Origin: an uncultured Chromatiales bacterium | GTDB lineage: Bacteria > Pseudomonadota > Gammaproteobacteria > Steroidobacterales > Woeseiaceae | DNA length: 32,000 nucleotides | Direction of reading: 5' to 3' | Assembly: GCA_963922335.1 (NCBI GenBank) | Contig: CAWUIB010000002.1 | Span: 303,198-335,197 of the forward strand | Shown: piece by piece, positions 9,310 through 21,728 of the stretch | How the letters are laid out: each line of letters begins with the position of its first letter | Numbering within the stretch: position 1 is the stretch's first letter | The notes under the pieces: model-generated | Databases searched by the model: none | What the model saw: only the letters and a program-made list of their open reading frames with translations | Told to the model about the DNA's origin: nothing | Translations under genes and position numbers: made by a program

Positions 9310-10662
9310 CTACGTGCGGCTGTAATTCCTGATGTTGGCTTTCTTCATCATCCCCTCGTACTGCTGAGACATGGTGTGCGCCTTCAACTGCTGCATGAAG
9401 TCCATGGTCACGACGACAAGAATGAGCAACGACGTACCGCCGAAGTTGAACGGCACGCTCGGGAAGAACATGCGGACCAATTCCGGAATCAGGCATACGC
9501 CGGTGATGTAAAGTGCACCCCAGAACGTCAGTCGGGTGAGCACCTTGTCGATGTACTCGCCGGTCTGTTGACCAGGACGAATACCTTGAATGAACGCACC
9601 CGATCGCTTCAGGTTGTCTGCGACTTCACGCGAGTTGTACATCAACGCTGTGTAGAAGAAGCAGAAGAAAGCGACCAGAGCACCGTAAAGCACGATGTAG
9701 ATCGGCTGCCCCGGAGACAATGCGGCGCCTACACGCTGCAGCGTCTGCGTCAGAGTGCCCGGATCCGGGTTCGCGCCGCTGAATTGTACCAAAGTCACGG
9801 GGAACAAAAGCAAGCTCGAGGCGAAGATCGGTGGGATAACGCCCGACATATTCACTTTAAACGGCAAGTGCGTTGATTGAGCCTGCATCATCCGCCGACC
9901 CTGTTGGCGTCGTGCGTAGTGGACCGTGATGCGACGCTGCGCACTCTCCATGTAAACGACGAACACCGTCATCGCGATGAATGCGATCAAAATGATCAAC
10001 GCCAGTGCCGGTGACATGGTGCCATTGCTAACCAGCTCCGCCGTGCCTGCGATCGCACCCGGCATACCGGCGATGATGCCCGCGAGGATGATGATCGAGA
10101 TACCGTTCCCGACGCCACGCTCGGTGATTTGCTCGCCGAGCCACATCAGGAACATCGTACCGGTGACGAGCGAGATGACGCACAACACCATGAAGCTGAT
10201 GCCCGGATTCACGACAAGGTTTGGCTGGTTCTGAATCGCGTACGCCGCGCCGAACGACTGGATCAATGCTAGTAGCAAAGTGCCCCGGCGGGTGTAGTCG
10301 GTAATCTTGCGCCGGCCGGATTCGCCCTCTTTCTTGAGTTTGGCGAGGCTCGGGACAACAACGGCTGCCATCTGCATCACGATAGACGCGGAGATGTAAG
10401 GCATTACGCCCAGGGCGAAGATCCCAAAACGCTGAAGCGCTCCGCCTGAGAACATATTGAACATGGCAAGGATGTTGCCGGACTGTTGCTCAAAGAACTC
10501 CGTCAGCTGCAACGGATCGATACCCGGCACGGGCACGAATGTGCCGATCCGGTACACAATCAGTGCGCCGATCAGGAACATGAGGCGCTGGCGCAACTCA
10601 TCGAGCTTGCCCGATTGAGCTAGTCCTGCTGCCATTTCCTCGTTTTTGCGATTCTTTGCCAT
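9310..10662 (-). CDS. secY: Preprotein translocase subunit SecY
   Basis: 450 aa, multi-spanning, [11 protein letters not shown] and [12 protein letters not shown]...[22 protein letters not shown]. Confidence 0.99.
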   Translation of the reverse strand: MAKNRKNEEMAAGLAQSGKLDELRQRLMFLIGALIVYRIGTFVPVPGIDPLQLTEFFEQQSGNILAMFNMFSGGALQRFGIFALGVMPYISASIVMQMAAVVVPSLAKLKKEGESGRRKITDYTRRGTLLLALIQSFGAAYAIQNQPNLVVNPGISFMVLCVISLVTGTMFLMWLGEQITERGVGNGISIIILAGIIAGMPGAIAGTAELVSNGTMSPALALIILIAFIAMTVFVVYMESAQRRITVHYARRQQGRRMMQAQSTHLPFKVNMSGVIPPIFASSLLLFPVTLVQFSGANPDPGTLTQTLQRVGAALSPGQPIYIVLYGALVAFFCFFYTALMYNSREVADNLKRSGAFIQGIRPGQQTGEYIDKVLTRLTFWGALYITGVCLIPELVRMFFPSVPFNFGGTSLLILVVVTMDFMQQLKAHTMSQQYEGMMKKANIRNYSRT

Positions 10663-10689
10663 GAGTATCTGTTAAGTCAGTCTTAGTGC

Positions 10690-11124
10690 TCAGTCTTCGA
10701 TCGTGCCGCCGGCAGCTTCGATCGCTTTGCGTGCGCCCGGCGTTACCGCGATGCCTTTGAGCGTCACTGCTTTCTCAATTTTTCCGGAGTCGATCACCTT
10801 GACCTTCAGAGTCTGAGCCGGCACGAGACGTGCGCGTTTCAGTGACAACAGGTCAACGGTGTCGCCTTCAACCAGCGCCAGTTCGTGCAGGCGCAGCTCT
10901 GCCGACAGACGAGCCTTCCGAGAGTTAAAACCAACTTTCGGGAGTCGACGCTGCAGCGGCATCTGACCGCCTTCGAAACCGACTTTGTGGTAACCACCGG
11001 AGCGAGCGTGCTGGCCCTTAACACCACGACCACTGGTCTTACCCTGGCCCGCAGAAATACCGCGACCCAGTCGTTTGCCGACCGGCTTACTGCCTTTTGC
11101 AGGCTTGAGTGTGTTCAGACGCAT
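10690..11124 (-). CDS. rplO: 50S ribosomal protein L15
   Basis: 144 aa, [43 protein letters not shown]. Confidence 0.99.
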   Translation of the reverse strand: MRLNTLKPAKGSKPVGKRLGRGISAGQGKTSGRGVKGQHARSGGYHKVGFEGGQMPLQRRLPKVGFNSRKARLSAELRLHELALVEGDTVDLLSLKRARLVPAQTLKVKVIDSGKIEKAVTLKGIAVTPGARKAIEAAGGTIED

Positions 11125-11312
11125 TACGCTTCCTCAACTTTCAACAGGTACGAGACCTGATTGATCATGCCGCGGTTCTCCGGTGTGTCCTCGACTTCAA
11201 CCGTGTGGTTGATGCGACGCAGACCGAGCCCGGCGATACTGGCTTTGTGGTTCTTCAGTCGGCCATGCTTGCTCTTGACCAGCGTGACCTTGAGTTTCTT
11301 GTTAGCTGCCAT
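11124..11312 (-). CDS. rpmD: 50S ribosomal protein L30
   Basis: 62 aa, [54 protein letters not shown]. Confidence 0.98.
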   Translation of the reverse strand: MAANKKLKVTLVKSKHGRLKNHKASIAGLGLRRINHTVEVEDTPENRGMINQVSYLLKVEEA

Positions 11313-11315
11313 GGC

Positions 11316-11822
11316 TTAACCCAGGATTTCCTCAACAGTCTTGCCACGCTTGGCCGCGACTGATGCCGGTGAGTGGATGTTTCGCAGCCCGTTGATCGTG
11401 GCGCGAACCACGTTGATCGGGTTACGGGAACCATATGACTTCGCGAGCACGTTTCTGACACCCGCGCATTCGAAGACCGCGCGCATTGCACCACCGGCAA
11501 TCACACCCGTACCCTCGGAAGCCGGCTGCATGTAAACGCGAGTCGCGCCGTGTCGTCCCTTAATCTCGTACTGCAGCGTGTCGTCACGCAGATGCACTTT
11601 CGCGAGATTCTTGCGTGCCGCCTGCATCGCTTTCTGGATAGCGATCGGGACTTCACGCGCCTTGCCATAACCGAAACCCACGCTGCCGTTGCCGTCGCCG
11701 ACGACAGTCAGTGCCGTGAATCCAAACTGACGGCCACCTTTGACCACCTTGGCTACACGATTCACCGCTACCAGTTTTTCAACCAGATCGTCGCCGCTGT
11801 TTTGCTTGTCGTTCTTTGCCAT
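11316..11822 (-). CDS. rpsE: 30S ribosomal protein S5
   Basis: 168 aa, [47 protein letters not shown]. Confidence 0.99.
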   Translation of the reverse strand: MAKNDKQNSGDDLVEKLVAVNRVAKVVKGGRQFGFTALTVVGDGNGSVGFGYGKAREVPIAIQKAMQAARKNLAKVHLRDDTLQYEIKGRHGATRVYMQPASEGTGVIAGGAMRAVFECAGVRNVLAKSYGSRNPINVVRATINGLRNIHSPASVAAKRGKTVEEILG

Positions 11823-11836
11823 GTTCAGTTCAGTTC

Positions 11837-12196
11837 CTAGAATTTGAGACCCGCTTCACGCGCCGCGTCGGCAAGCGCCTTCACACGACCGTGGTAGCGG
11901 TAGCCCGAGCGATCGAAAGCGACCTTCTCGATACCTGCTGCTTTCGCCTTTTCTGCGATCTGCTTGCCCACCGCTTCCGCGGCGCTTACGTTGCCCGTGG
12001 ACTTGAGCTCCTCGCGGAGCGCTTTCTGCACCGTCGAAGCTGCAGCGAGAACGGTAGAGCCGTCTGCTGCAAGGATCTGCGCGTAAATGTGACGCGGGGT
12101 GCGATAGACGCTCAGGCGCTCTGTGCCCAACTCGCGAATCTTGGCGCGAGTGCGGCGTGCCCGACGCAGTCGATTGTCCTTTTTGCTCAGTTTCAT
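11837..12196 (-). CDS. rplR: 50S ribosomal protein L18
   Basis: 119 aa, [31 protein letters not shown]...[26 protein letters not shown]. Confidence 0.99.
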   Translation of the reverse strand: MKLSKKDNRLRRARRTRAKIRELGTERLSVYRTPRHIYAQILAADGSTVLAAASTVQKALREELKSTGNVSAAEAVGKQIAEKAKAAGIEKVAFDRSGYRYHGRVKALADAAREAGLKF

Positions 12197-12240
12197 GTTT
12201 GGTCTCCAGCCACGATCCGGTTAAACGCCCGGACGCCGGC

Positions 12241-12774
12241 TTACTTCTTCTTCGCCTCTTTACGAACAACGTTCTCGTCGCTGTAGCGCACACCCTTGCC
12301 TTTGTAAGGCTCCGGCGGACGATAGGCACGAATCTCTGCGGCAACCTGACCAACAACCTGCTTGTCAGCGCCTTTCAATACGATCTCGGTCTGGCTCGGC
12401 GTTTCTACGGTGACGCCCTCCGGCATCGCGTGCACGACCGGATGCGAGAAACCCAGCGTAAGGTTGAGGTTGCTACCCTGCGCCTGCGCACGGTAGCCAA
12501 CACCGACCAGCGTCAGTTTCTTCTCCCAACCCTCGCTGACGCCCTGCACCATGTTGGCGAGCAGCGCCCGTGTGGTGCCTGCCATCGCACGAGCGAACCG
12601 AGATCCGCTGCGGGCTTTCACGGTCAACGTGCCGTTTTCTTCTTCAAGATCAACTTCACTGTTCAGCGCCATGGACAGGTTGCCCTTGCTGCCTTTCAGA
12701 GAGATGTCCTGGCCGCTGCGCTGAAGCTCAACGCCCTTCGGCAAGGTGATCGGTTGTTTCGCGATGCGAGACAT
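12241..12774 (-). CDS. rplF: 50S ribosomal protein L6
   Basis: 177 aa, [17 protein letters not shown]...[26 protein letters not shown]. Confidence 0.99.
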   Translation of the reverse strand: MSRIAKQPITLPKGVELQRSGQDISLKGSKGNLSMALNSEVDLEEENGTLTVKARSGSRFARAMAGTTRALLANMVQGVSEGWEKKLTLVGVGYRAQAQGSNLNLTLGFSHPVVHAMPEGVTVETPSQTEIVLKGADKQVVGQVAAEIRAYRPPEPYKGKGVRYSDENVVRKEAKKK

Positions 12775-12792
12775 AGTCTTAATTCCGTTGTG

Positions 12793-13188
12793 TTACGAGA
12801 CGAGGCAAATAACCTCGCCCCCGATACCTTTGGCGCGTGCCTCACGATCACTCATGACGCCCGCAGACGTTGAAACGATGGCGACACCCAGACCACCGAG
12901 TACTTTCGGCAGTTCACCGGTCTGGCGGTAAATTCGCAGACCTGGCTTGCTCACGCGTTTGATCTTTTCGATCACAGGCGTGCCCTCGTGGTAGCGCAGC
13001 GTCAGAGTCAGCTCTGACTTTGCGCCTTCCTTCTGGACATCGACGCGGTCGATGTAACCCTCGTCCTTCAGGACGTTGGCAATCGCCACCTTGGCATTCG
13101 ACGAAGGCATCTTGACCTCAGTCTTGCGCGCTTTCTGTGCGTTGCGAATGCGTGTCAGCATATCGGCGATCGGATCACTCATACTCAT
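12793..13188 (-). CDS. rpsH: 30S ribosomal protein S8
   Basis: 131 aa, [20 protein letters not shown]...[32 protein letters not shown]. Confidence 0.99.
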   Translation of the reverse strand: MSMSDPIADMLTRIRNAQKARKTEVKMPSSNAKVAIANVLKDEGYIDRVDVQKEGAKSELTLTLRYHEGTPVIEKIKRVSKPGLRIYRQTGELPKVLGGLGVAIVSTSAGVMSDREARAKGIGGEVICLVS

Positions 13189-13202
13189 CGTGCAACCCTC
13201 CC

Positions 13203-13508
13203 TTACCAGCTAGCCTTGGACAGGCCGGGGATTTCACCTTTCATGGTGGCTTCCCGCAGCTTGTTCCGCGCCAGTCCGAACTTCCGATAGAACCCATGCG
13301 GGCGACCGGTGATCGAGCATCGGTTACGCATACGTACCGGCGCGGCGTCGCGCGGCATGGCGCTCAGCTTCGCAACAGCAGCGTCCACTTCTTCGACACT
13401 TGAGTTCGGGTTACTGATCACAGCTTTCAGTGCCGCACGCTTCGCTGCGTACTTGGCAACCAGCTTGGCGCGTTTTACTTCCCGCGCGATCATTGATTTC
13501 TTAGCCAT
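13203..13508 (-). CDS. rpsN: 30S ribosomal protein S14
   Basis: 101 aa, long form lacking the CxxC zinc motifs; [41 protein letters not shown]. Confidence 0.99.
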   Translation of the reverse strand: MAKKSMIAREVKRAKLVAKYAAKRAALKAVISNPNSSVEEVDAAVAKLSAMPRDAAPVRMRNRCSITGRPHGFYRKFGLARNKLREATMKGEIPGLSKASW

Positions 13509-13535
13509 AGGTTTCTACCTGTACCTGTTCCGCGC

Positions 13536-14075
13536 TCAGCGCTTGAACGGAAAACTGAAAGCTTCGAGCAACGCACGCCCTTCATCGGCGTTGCGCGCTG
13601 TCGTTGTGATCGTAATGTCCATGCCACGAACCGCATCCACCTGGTCGTAGTCGATCTCAGGGAAGATGATCTGCTCCTGAACGCCCATCGAGTAGTTGCC
13701 CTGCTTGTCGAATGATTTCGATGACAGGCCTCGGAAGTCGCGGATACGCGGAATTGCAATCGCGATCAGGCGATCGAGGAACTCATACATCCGCTCGCGG
13801 CGCAGCGTTACCTTACAGCCGATCGGGTAGCCTTCCCGGATTTTGAAGCCCGCGACGGACTTACGCGCGTTACATACCACCGGCTTTTGACCGGCGATTG
13901 CTGTCATGTCGCGTACCGCGTTCTCCATGACTTTCTTATCCGCAACGGCTTCACCGACACCCATGTTCAAGGTGATTTTCGTGATCCGCGGCACCTCCAT
14001 GACGTTCGCGACACCCAACTTTTCCTTGAGTGCCGGCACCACGGTGTCCCGGTAATGTTCTTGCAATCTCGCCAT
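13536..14075 (-). CDS. rplE: 50S ribosomal protein L5
   Basis: 179 aa, [20 protein letters not shown]...[36 protein letters not shown]. Confidence 0.99.
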   Translation of the reverse strand: MARLQEHYRDTVVPALKEKLGVANVMEVPRITKITLNMGVGEAVADKKVMENAVRDMTAIAGQKPVVCNARKSVAGFKIREGYPIGCKVTLRRERMYEFLDRLIAIAIPRIRDFRGLSSKSFDKQGNYSMGVQEQIIFPEIDYDQVDAVRGMDITITTTARNADEGRALLEAFSFPFKR

Positions 14076-14103
14076 ATTAACTCAGTGACGTCGCCTCTCC
14101 GGC

Positions 14104-14424
14104 TTAAACGTCTACCGCCTCGTTGGAAGAACGGAACACACGGGACTTCTTCCCGTCTTTCCCAATTTCAATACCGACCCGATCACCCTTCTTGGTCTTC
14201 GGGTTGAAGATCTGGACATTCGAGCGATGAATCGGCATCGCTTTGTCCTTAATGCCGCCAGGCTCGCCCACATTCGGGTTCGCTTTCACGTGCTTGCGCG
14301 CGATGTTGATGCCTTCCACCAACAGGCGGTCCTCGTCGGCCAGTACCTCGAGCACTGTCCCGGTGCGACCTTTGTCTTTTCCTGTGATGACGATGACGTC
14401 ATCGCCTTTACGAATCTTTTGCAT
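14104..14424 (-). CDS. rplX: 50S ribosomal protein L24
   Basis: 106 aa, MQKIRKGDDVIVITGKDKGRTGTVLEVL...VEGINIARKHVKANP. Confidence 0.99.
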   Translation of the reverse strand: MQKIRKGDDVIVITGKDKGRTGTVLEVLADEDRLLVEGINIARKHVKANPNVGEPGGIKDKAMPIHRSNVQIFNPKTKKGDRVGIEIGKDGKKSRVFRSSNEAVDV

Positions 14425-14440
14425 GTTCCTAATACCCTGC

Positions 14441-14468
14441 TTGGTAGGCCCTAGTTGGTAGGCCCTAA
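14441..14468. repeat. Two-copy 14-nt tandem repeat in the rplX-rplN spacer
   Basis: TTGGTAGGCCCTAG immediately followed by TTGGTAGGCCCTAA (13 of 14 identical). Confidence 0.9.
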
Positions 14469-14475
14469 GGCACCC

Positions 14476-14844
14476 CTAGAGAACCTCCGGAGCCAGTGAC
14501 ACGATCTTCATGAACTGGTTGCCGCGCAGCTCGCGGGTCACCGGACCGAAGATGCGAGTGCCGATCGGCTCAAGCTTGCTGTTCAGCAATACGGCTGCGT
14601 TGCCGTCGAAGCGAATCAGCGAGCCGTCCTTACGGCGAACACCCTTGCGCGTGCGAACGACGACGGCGTTATAGACCTCGCCCTTCTTCACCTTGCCGCG
14701 CGGGATAGCGTCTTTGACGCTTACCTTGATGACATCGCCAACGCCGGCATAGCGGCGCTTGGAACCACCAAGGACCTTGATGCACATCACACGGCGTGCA
14801 CCACTGTTGTCGGCTGCGTCGAGCACTGTCTGCATCTGAATCAT
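14476..14844 (-). CDS. rplN: 50S ribosomal protein L14
   Basis: 122 aa, [37 protein letters not shown]. Confidence 0.99.
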   Translation of the reverse strand: MIQMQTVLDAADNSGARRVMCIKVLGGSKRRYAGVGDVIKVSVKDAIPRGKVKKGEVYNAVVVRTRKGVRRKDGSLIRFDGNAAVLLNSKLEPIGTRIFGPVTRELRGNQFMKIVSLAPEVL

Positions 14845-14859
14845 GGTTGCTGTCCTGCT

Positions 14860-15129
14860 TTAGCGTTCGGTAGCACGTTCGACGACCTCAACGACACGCC
14901 ACGACTTCTGCTTGGAAATCGGGCTGCACTCGCTGATGGCCACCGTATCGCCACTGCGACACTCGTTATTCTCGTCATGCGCCTTCAGTTTGGTCGTACG
15001 GCGGATGTATTTGCCGTAGACGCTGTGGCGTACCAGGCGCTCGATCGCCACCGATACGGTCTTGTCCATCTTGTCGGACACGACCTTGCCGATAACGCGG
15101 CGCTCTGTTGTTGCGTTCGCTTCGCTCAT
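14860..15129 (-). CDS. rpsQ: 30S ribosomal protein S17
   Basis: 89 aa, [52 protein letters not shown]. Confidence 0.99.
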   Translation of the reverse strand: MSEANATTERRVIGKVVSDKMDKTVSVAIERLVRHSVYGKYIRRTTKLKAHDENNECRSGDTVAISECSPISKQKSWRVVEVVERATER

Positions 15130-15140
15130 CTTTCGTTTCC

Positions 15141-15347
15141 TTAACTGGCGTCAACCGCTTTCGCGGTCTCTGCCATCACCGTTTTGATGCGCGCGATATC
15201 ACGACGCACACGACGCAAGTCGTTCTGCTGGACTTCCTGGCCGGTTGCACGCTGCATGCGCAGGTTGAACTGCTCGCGGCGCAGTTTCAGCAACTCGTCC
15301 TGAAGACCGGCACCATCCATTTCTCGAAGTTCTGCTGCCTTCATCAC
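15141..15347 (-). CDS. rpmC: 50S ribosomal protein L29
   Basis: 68 aa, [37 protein letters not shown]; overlaps rplP by 4 nt. Confidence 0.98.
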   Translation of the reverse strand: MMKAAELREMDGAGLQDELLKLRREQFNLRMQRATGQEVQQNDLRRVRRDIARIKTVMAETAKAVDAS

Positions 15348-15757
15348 ATCACCTGCCGGGTCACAAAGGTGGTGGCCATCGGAATTTTCGCGGCAGCGAG
15401 GCGGAACGCCTCACGTGCGACTTCTTCGCTCACACCTTCCATTTCGTAAAGAATCCGACCGGGCTGGATCTGAGCGACCCAGTACTCGACGTTACCTTTA
15501 CCCTTACCCTGACGAACTTCGAGCGGCTTTTTGCTGATCGGTTTGTCGGGGAACACGCGAATCCAGATTTTTCCGCCACGCTTGATGTAGCGGGTCATCG
15601 CACGACGCGCCGCCTCAATCTGACGCGCTGTCAAACGACCGCGACCCGTTGCTTTCAGCGCATACTCGCCGAAAGACACCGTACTGCCGCGGTGTGCCAG
15701 ACCGCGGTTGCGGCCCTTCATCTGCTTGCGAAATTTTGTCCGTTTTGGCTGCAACAT
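15344..15757 (-). CDS. rplP: 50S ribosomal protein L16
   Basis: 137 aa, [53 protein letters not shown]. Confidence 0.99.
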   Translation of the reverse strand: MLQPKRTKFRKQMKGRNRGLAHRGSTVSFGEYALKATGRGRLTARQIEAARRAMTRYIKRGGKIWIRVFPDKPISKKPLEVRQGKGKGNVEYWVAQIQPGRILYEMEGVSEEVAREAFRLAAAKIPMATTFVTRQVM

Positions 15758-15769
15758 GCCGATGTACTC

Positions 15770-16453
15770 CTAGCGCGCCGCTGCTTCAGCCGGCTCTCCA
15801 GCCGCCTGCTCAGGGGTGTCGTAGACCTCACCTTTGAAGATCCACACTTTCACACCGATGATTCCGTAGGTCGTCGCCGCTTCCGCGGTGCCGTAGTCGA
15901 TATCGGCACGCAGCGTATGCAGCGGGACGCGACCTTCGCGGTACCACTCCGAGCGCGCGATCTCTGCGCCGTTCAGACGACCGCCAACCTTCACCTTGAT
16001 GCCCTGGGCCCCGACACGCATCGTGTTCTGCACCGCACGCTTCATCGCGCGACGAAACATTACGCGGCGCTCCAGCTGCTGGGCGATGCCTTCGGCGACC
16101 AGAGTCGCGTCGAGCTCAGGCTTGCGCACTTCGTTGATGTTGATGCGAACGTCGGCGAGAGGCATCTGCACCATTCCCGCAACTTCGCGGCGCAGACGCT
16201 CAATGTCCTCGCCCTTCTTGCCGATCACGATGCCCGGGCGGGCCGTGTTCAACGCGATGTTGATTTTCTTTGCCGGTCGCTCGATCTGAATGCGAGATAC
16301 GGAGGCGTCCTTCAAACGCTTGCGCAGGAACGTCCGCACTTCGTGATCCTGACGGACATACTCCGGGAACACCTTGCTGTCGGCGTACCATTTTGATGTC
16401 CAATCGGTCGTAATACCGAGGCGAATACCGTTGGGATGTACTTTCTGACCCAT
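15770..16453 (-). CDS. rpsC: 30S ribosomal protein S3
   Basis: 227 aa, [25 protein letters not shown]...[14 protein letters not shown]. Confidence 0.99.
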   Translation of the reverse strand: MGQKVHPNGIRLGITTDWTSKWYADSKVFPEYVRQDHEVRTFLRKRLKDASVSRIQIERPAKKINIALNTARPGIVIGKKGEDIERLRREVAGMVQMPLADVRININEVRKPELDATLVAEGIAQQLERRVMFRRAMKRAVQNTMRVGAQGIKVKVGGRLNGAEIARSEWYREGRVPLHTLRADIDYGTAEAATTYGIIGVKVWIFKGEVYDTPEQAAGEPAEAAAR

Positions 16454-16463
16454 AATTCTTTAC

Positions 16464-16805
16464 CTAGTCCGCCGCGCCGTCGGCCACCTGAATGGTGATG
16501 TGGCTGTTGCGTTTGATGATTCGAGTACCACGACCTTTTGCACGCGCCCGGAAGCGACGATAGCGAGGCGCTTCGTCGATCATGATCGTCGACACCTTGA
16601 GCTCGTCGATATCGGCACCGTGGTTGTGCTCCGCGTTCGCAATCGCTGACTCAAGCACCTTGCGCACGATCGCAGCGCCTTTTTTCGGCATGAACGACAG
16701 CGTCGTTAATGCTTCGTCTACCGACTTACCGCGAATCATGTCGGCCACGAGCCGGCACTTCTGCGGTGAAATCCGCGCGTAACGCAATTTTGCTGCTACT
16801 TGCAT
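16464..16805 (-). CDS. rplV: 50S ribosomal protein L22
   Basis: [33 protein letters not shown]...[19 protein letters not shown]; ATG ending at 16805 with upstream AAGGA is preferred to the TTG at 16814 used by the track. Confidence 0.97.
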   Translation of the reverse strand: MQVAAKLRYARISPQKCRLVADMIRGKSVDEALTTLSFMPKKGAAIVRKVLESAIANAEHNHGADIDELKVSTIMIDEAPRYRRFRARAKGRGTRIIKRNSHITIQVADGAAD

Positions 16806-16817
16806 GACATCCAATCC

Positions 16818-17093
16818 TTAGCGCTTAGTCTTCTTGTCTGCCGCGTGCCCTTTGAAAGTACGCGTCAGAGCAAACTCGCCCAGTTTGTGGCCAACCATGT
16901 TCTCGGAGATCAGCACCGGAACGTGCTGGCGACCGTTGTGTACCGCGATTGTCAGACCAACCATGTCCGGCAGCACCATTGAACGGCGCGACCAGGTCTT
17001 GATCGGGCGACGATCGTTGCTTTCCACCGCAGCGGCGACTTTCTTCGCCAGGTGGTTGTCCACGAACGGACCTTTTTTCAATGAACGAGGCAC
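16818..17093 (-). CDS. rpsS: 30S ribosomal protein S19
   Basis: 91 aa, [19 protein letters not shown]...[41 protein letters not shown]. Confidence 0.99.
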   Translation of the reverse strand: MPRSLKKGPFVDNHLAKKVAAAVESNDRRPIKTWSRRSMVLPDMVGLTIAVHNGRQHVPVLISENMVGHKLGEFALTRTFKGHAADKKTKR

Positions 17094-17133
17094 GTTATTT
17101 CTTCCTCTTCTCTAATTCAGTCAGCGACCGCGC

Positions 17134-17964
<831 letters not shown>

Positions 17965-17991
17965 AGCTGTCTACCTTGCCTTTACCGCCGC

Positions 17992-18300
17992 TTACTCAGC
18001 GCCGAGGAAATCAATTTCGCTGCCTGCCGCGAGCTTCACGTAGGCTTTCTTGAAGTCGGAACGTCGGCCAAAACCGCGACCACGGCGCTTCACTTTGCCG
18101 CTCTGGTTCAGGACGGTAACGTCATCGACCGCGACCTCGAACAGTTTTTCTACCGCCGCCTTAATTTCAGGCTTAGTCGCATCCGTGCGCACCTTGAAAA
18201 CCACTTGGTTCGCGCGCTCATTGATACGCAAGCTCTTCTCCGACATGTGCGGGCCGAGCAAAATGGTCAGCAGCCGTTCTTCCCGATTGGTCTGGCTCAT
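17992..18300 (-). CDS. rplW: 50S ribosomal protein L23
   Basis: 102 aa, [58 protein letters not shown]. Confidence 0.99.
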   Translation of the reverse strand: MSQTNREERLLTILLGPHMSEKSLRINERANQVVFKVRTDATKPEIKAAVEKLFEVAVDDVTVLNQSGKVKRRGRGFGRRSDFKKAYVKLAAGSEIDFLGAE

Positions 18301-18908
18301 GACAGGCGCTCCTCAACCAGTTTCAGCGCCGGAACACTGATCAACACTTTTTCAAATCTGAGCAGCGTCACCGGATCAATCGATGCAACATCGACAATAC
18401 CGACGTTCTTCAGGTTGCGAGCTGCCAGGTAGAGCTTCTCATCGAAACCCTCGGTCACGATTAACACGTTGTCGAGTCCGAGCGTCTTCAGCTGTGAAGC
18501 GATTTCCTTGGTCTTCGGGGCAGAGACTTCAATCGTCTCGGTCACCACCAAACGATCCTGGCGGACTAACTCGGAGAACAATGAGCGCAGCGCGCCGCGA
18601 TACATCTTGCGGTTGACCTTCTGGCCATAATCACGCGGACGTGCCGCAAAAGCCCGGCCGCCGCCGACCCAGATCGGGCTGCGGATCGTGCCTGCGCGTG
18701 CACGGCCTGTGCCCTTTTGACGCCATGGCTTAGCGCCACCGCCACTGACATCCGAGCGGTTCTTCTGTCGCTTGGTGCCGCTACGTGCACCGGCCAGAAA
18801 CGCGGTCACGACCTGGTGAATCAGGGGCTCATTAAAGGCAGCGCCGAACGCCTGTTCAGACACTTCGATGTCGCCGCCCTTACCTGCCAGATTAAGTTTC
18901 AATGCCAT
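18297..18908 (-). CDS. rplD: 50S ribosomal protein L4
   Basis: 203 aa, [50 protein letters not shown]; overlaps rplW by 4 nt. Confidence 0.99.
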   Translation of the reverse strand: MALKLNLAGKGGDIEVSEQAFGAAFNEPLIHQVVTAFLAGARSGTKRQKNRSDVSGGGAKPWRQKGTGRARAGTIRSPIWVGGGRAFAARPRDYGQKVNRKMYRGALRSLFSELVRQDRLVVTETIEVSAPKTKEIASQLKTLGLDNVLIVTEGFDEKLYLAARNLKNVGIVDVASIDPVTLLRFEKVLISVPALKLVEERLS

Positions 18909-18911
18909 GAT

Positions 18912-19562
18912 TTACGCTCCCTTCCGAGCTTTGACAGCCGGACGAACGATGACGCTGCCGCCGGCATGGCCAGGAACAGCACCTTTGATCAGCAGAAGGT
19001 TCTTTTCGTTGTCGACACGAACGACTTCCAGGTTCTGAACGGTACGACGCACATTGCCCATGTGGCCCGCCATCTTCTTACCTTTGAAGACGCGACCTGG
19101 CGTCTGGTTCTGACCAATGGAACCTGGCGCGCGGTGAGCAAGCGAGTTGCCGTGCGTCGCGTCCTGGGTGCGGAAGTTGTGGCGCTTCACAGTGCCCGCG
19201 AAGCCTTTACCGATGGACGTACCCACCACATCGACTTTCTGTCCGGCCTCGAAAATCTCAACAGTGACTTCACTGCCGACTTCGAGGTCATCGCCCTCTC
19301 CATCCGCGAGCCGCAGCTCAAGCAGACGATCGCCGGCTTCCACCTTGGCTTTCGCGAAGTGACCAGCGAGAGATTTGGATACATGGGATGCTTTTCGGGA
19401 ACCTGACGCTACCTGCACAGCACGGTATCCGTCGGTCTCGACCGTTTTTACTTGCGTTACACGGTTAGGGGTCGCTTCGATGACCGTGACCGGAACCGAA
19501 GCACCGTCTTCCGTGAAGACGCGCGTCATGCCGCATTTGCGGCCTACGATTGAAATCGTCAT
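18912..19562 (-). CDS. rplC: 50S ribosomal protein L3
   Basis: 216 aa, [30 protein letters not shown]...[34 protein letters not shown]. Confidence 0.99.
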   Translation of the reverse strand: MTISIVGRKCGMTRVFTEDGASVPVTVIEATPNRVTQVKTVETDGYRAVQVASGSRKASHVSKSLAGHFAKAKVEAGDRLLELRLADGEGDDLEVGSEVTVEIFEAGQKVDVVGTSIGKGFAGTVKRHNFRTQDATHGNSLAHRAPGSIGQNQTPGRVFKGKKMAGHMGNVRRTVQNLEVVRVDNEKNLLLIKGAVPGHAGGSVIVRPAVKARKGA

Positions 19563-19577
19563 TGTCTCACTTCCACA

Positions 19578-19600
19578 GGCGACGACTGCGATTGGTCGCC
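19578..19600 (-). promoter_or_regulatory. Hairpin immediately upstream of rplC
   Basis: GGCGAC / GTCGCC 6-bp stem with 11-nt loop, 16 nt upstream of the rplC start codon. Confidence 0.4.
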
Positions 19601-19822
19601 GCGTAAAAAACCGTTTGTTCAGTCACAGACTTCAATTGGCCTGTGCTGCCTGCCACATCTGCCACGCCTGCCGGCAAAAGCCGATGGTTCGCGTGTGGCC
19701 GCTCCAGCGTGCAGCGCGCTCTGCCATCAATGGGACGGCTAAAAGTCAGCGCCAATACCGGAAGCCTTTTACTGGCCCAGGTTGCTCGGACAGTGTCAAT
19801 TTGACCTGGCCTTACAAACAAC

Positions 19823-19850
19823 GCGCCACTGAGCCAGTACTCAGCGGCGC
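19823..19850 (-). promoter_or_regulatory. Strong hairpin in the rpsJ-rplC spacer (candidate mRNA leader element)
   Basis: GCGCCACTGAG-ccagta-CTCAGCGGCGC on the + strand: 11 paired positions, 10 Watson-Crick plus one wobble in the minus-strand RNA; not followed by a clear U tract. Confidence 0.5.
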
Positions 19851-19916
19851 CTGGTTCGCGGCAAATCTGCTCCGATCTGTGGCCAGAGCTTAGACGTTTG
19901 CTCGCGCGAGCCCGCT

Positions 19917-19944
19917 ATTATAGCCAGCGGGCGTGCTAATACAA
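19917..19944 (-). promoter_or_regulatory. Candidate sigma70-type promoter for rplC and downstream genes
   Basis: Minus strand reads TTGTAT - 16 nt - TATAAT (-35 at 19939-19944, consensus -10 at 19917-19922), immediately after the rpsJ stop codon. The -35 is a weak match. Confidence 0.45.
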
Positions 19945-19947
19945 GAC

Positions 19948-20262
19948 TTAGTTCAACTTGATTTGAACATCGACACCGGCGGGTAGTTCGAGCTTCATCA
20001 GCGCGTCTACGGTCTTGTCCGTCGGATCGACGATGTCCATCAGTCGCTTATGGGTGCGCAACTCATACTGATCACGCGCGTCTTTATTCACGTGCGGTGA
20101 GATCAGAACGGTAAAACGCTCCATCTTGGTCGGCAGAGGTACGGGCCCTTTGACGGTCGCACCGGTGCGCTTCGCGGTATCTACGATCTCACGAGCAGAC
20201 GTGTCGATCAGACGGTGATCAAACGCCTTCAGGCGGATGCGAATGTTCTGGTTAGTAGCCAT
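19948..20262 (-). CDS. rpsJ: 30S ribosomal protein S10
   Basis: 104 aa, [73 protein letters not shown]. Confidence 0.99.
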   Translation of the reverse strand: MATNQNIRIRLKAFDHRLIDTSAREIVDTAKRTGATVKGPVPLPTKMERFTVLISPHVNKDARDQYELRTHKRLMDIVDPTDKTVDALMKLELPAGVDVQIKLN

Positions 20263-20485
20263 ATGCCAACTCTCAAATTCTCATGTCGACCAGCGGCGCC
20301 TATCGCCGATGGTGGTGGGAGACGGTTTGCCAAAGCGTTTTCCAGAAGGTGTAGCGCAGGCCGAAGGCCGAGCCACGAGTGGAAAATTGCTTTTGGCGAA
20401 GTGTCTCCTCAGTGCCCCTCGGCGCTGCCCCGCGTGAGTACGCGGAGCAGGGCTTCGGAACTGGTTATCTGTTACTCGCTAATGC

Positions 20486-21676
<1,191 letters not shown>

Positions 21677-21728
21677 CGACCTATCTCTCCGGTCTGTTGT
21701 TTCGTTTCAAAAAAAGACGTTACGTCCG

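Noticed and set aside
9158-9496. 112-aa ORF as a distinct protein
   Set aside because: Only the last 37 residues are homologous to anything recognisable (L36); the upstream part overlaps the start of secY out of frame.
12157-12873. 238-aa + strand ORF, and the similar 15692-16396 and 17233-17961 + strand ORFs
   Set aside because: Antisense to rplF/rpsH, rpsC and rplB respectively. Compositionally biased, no plausible product.
19771-19799. Perfect TTGACA (minus strand) at 19794-19799 as a second promoter
   Set aside because: Spacings of 17-19 nt give only GCCAGT, CCAGTA or CAGTAA as the -10, so there is no convincing partner hexamer.
19567-19821. 84-aa minus-strand ORF in the rpsJ-rplC spacer
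   Set aside because: It starts at TTG with no clear RBS, has an arginine-rich composition and no recognisable family. The spacer is better explained as a leader or regulatory region, although small-protein detection would be a fair check.
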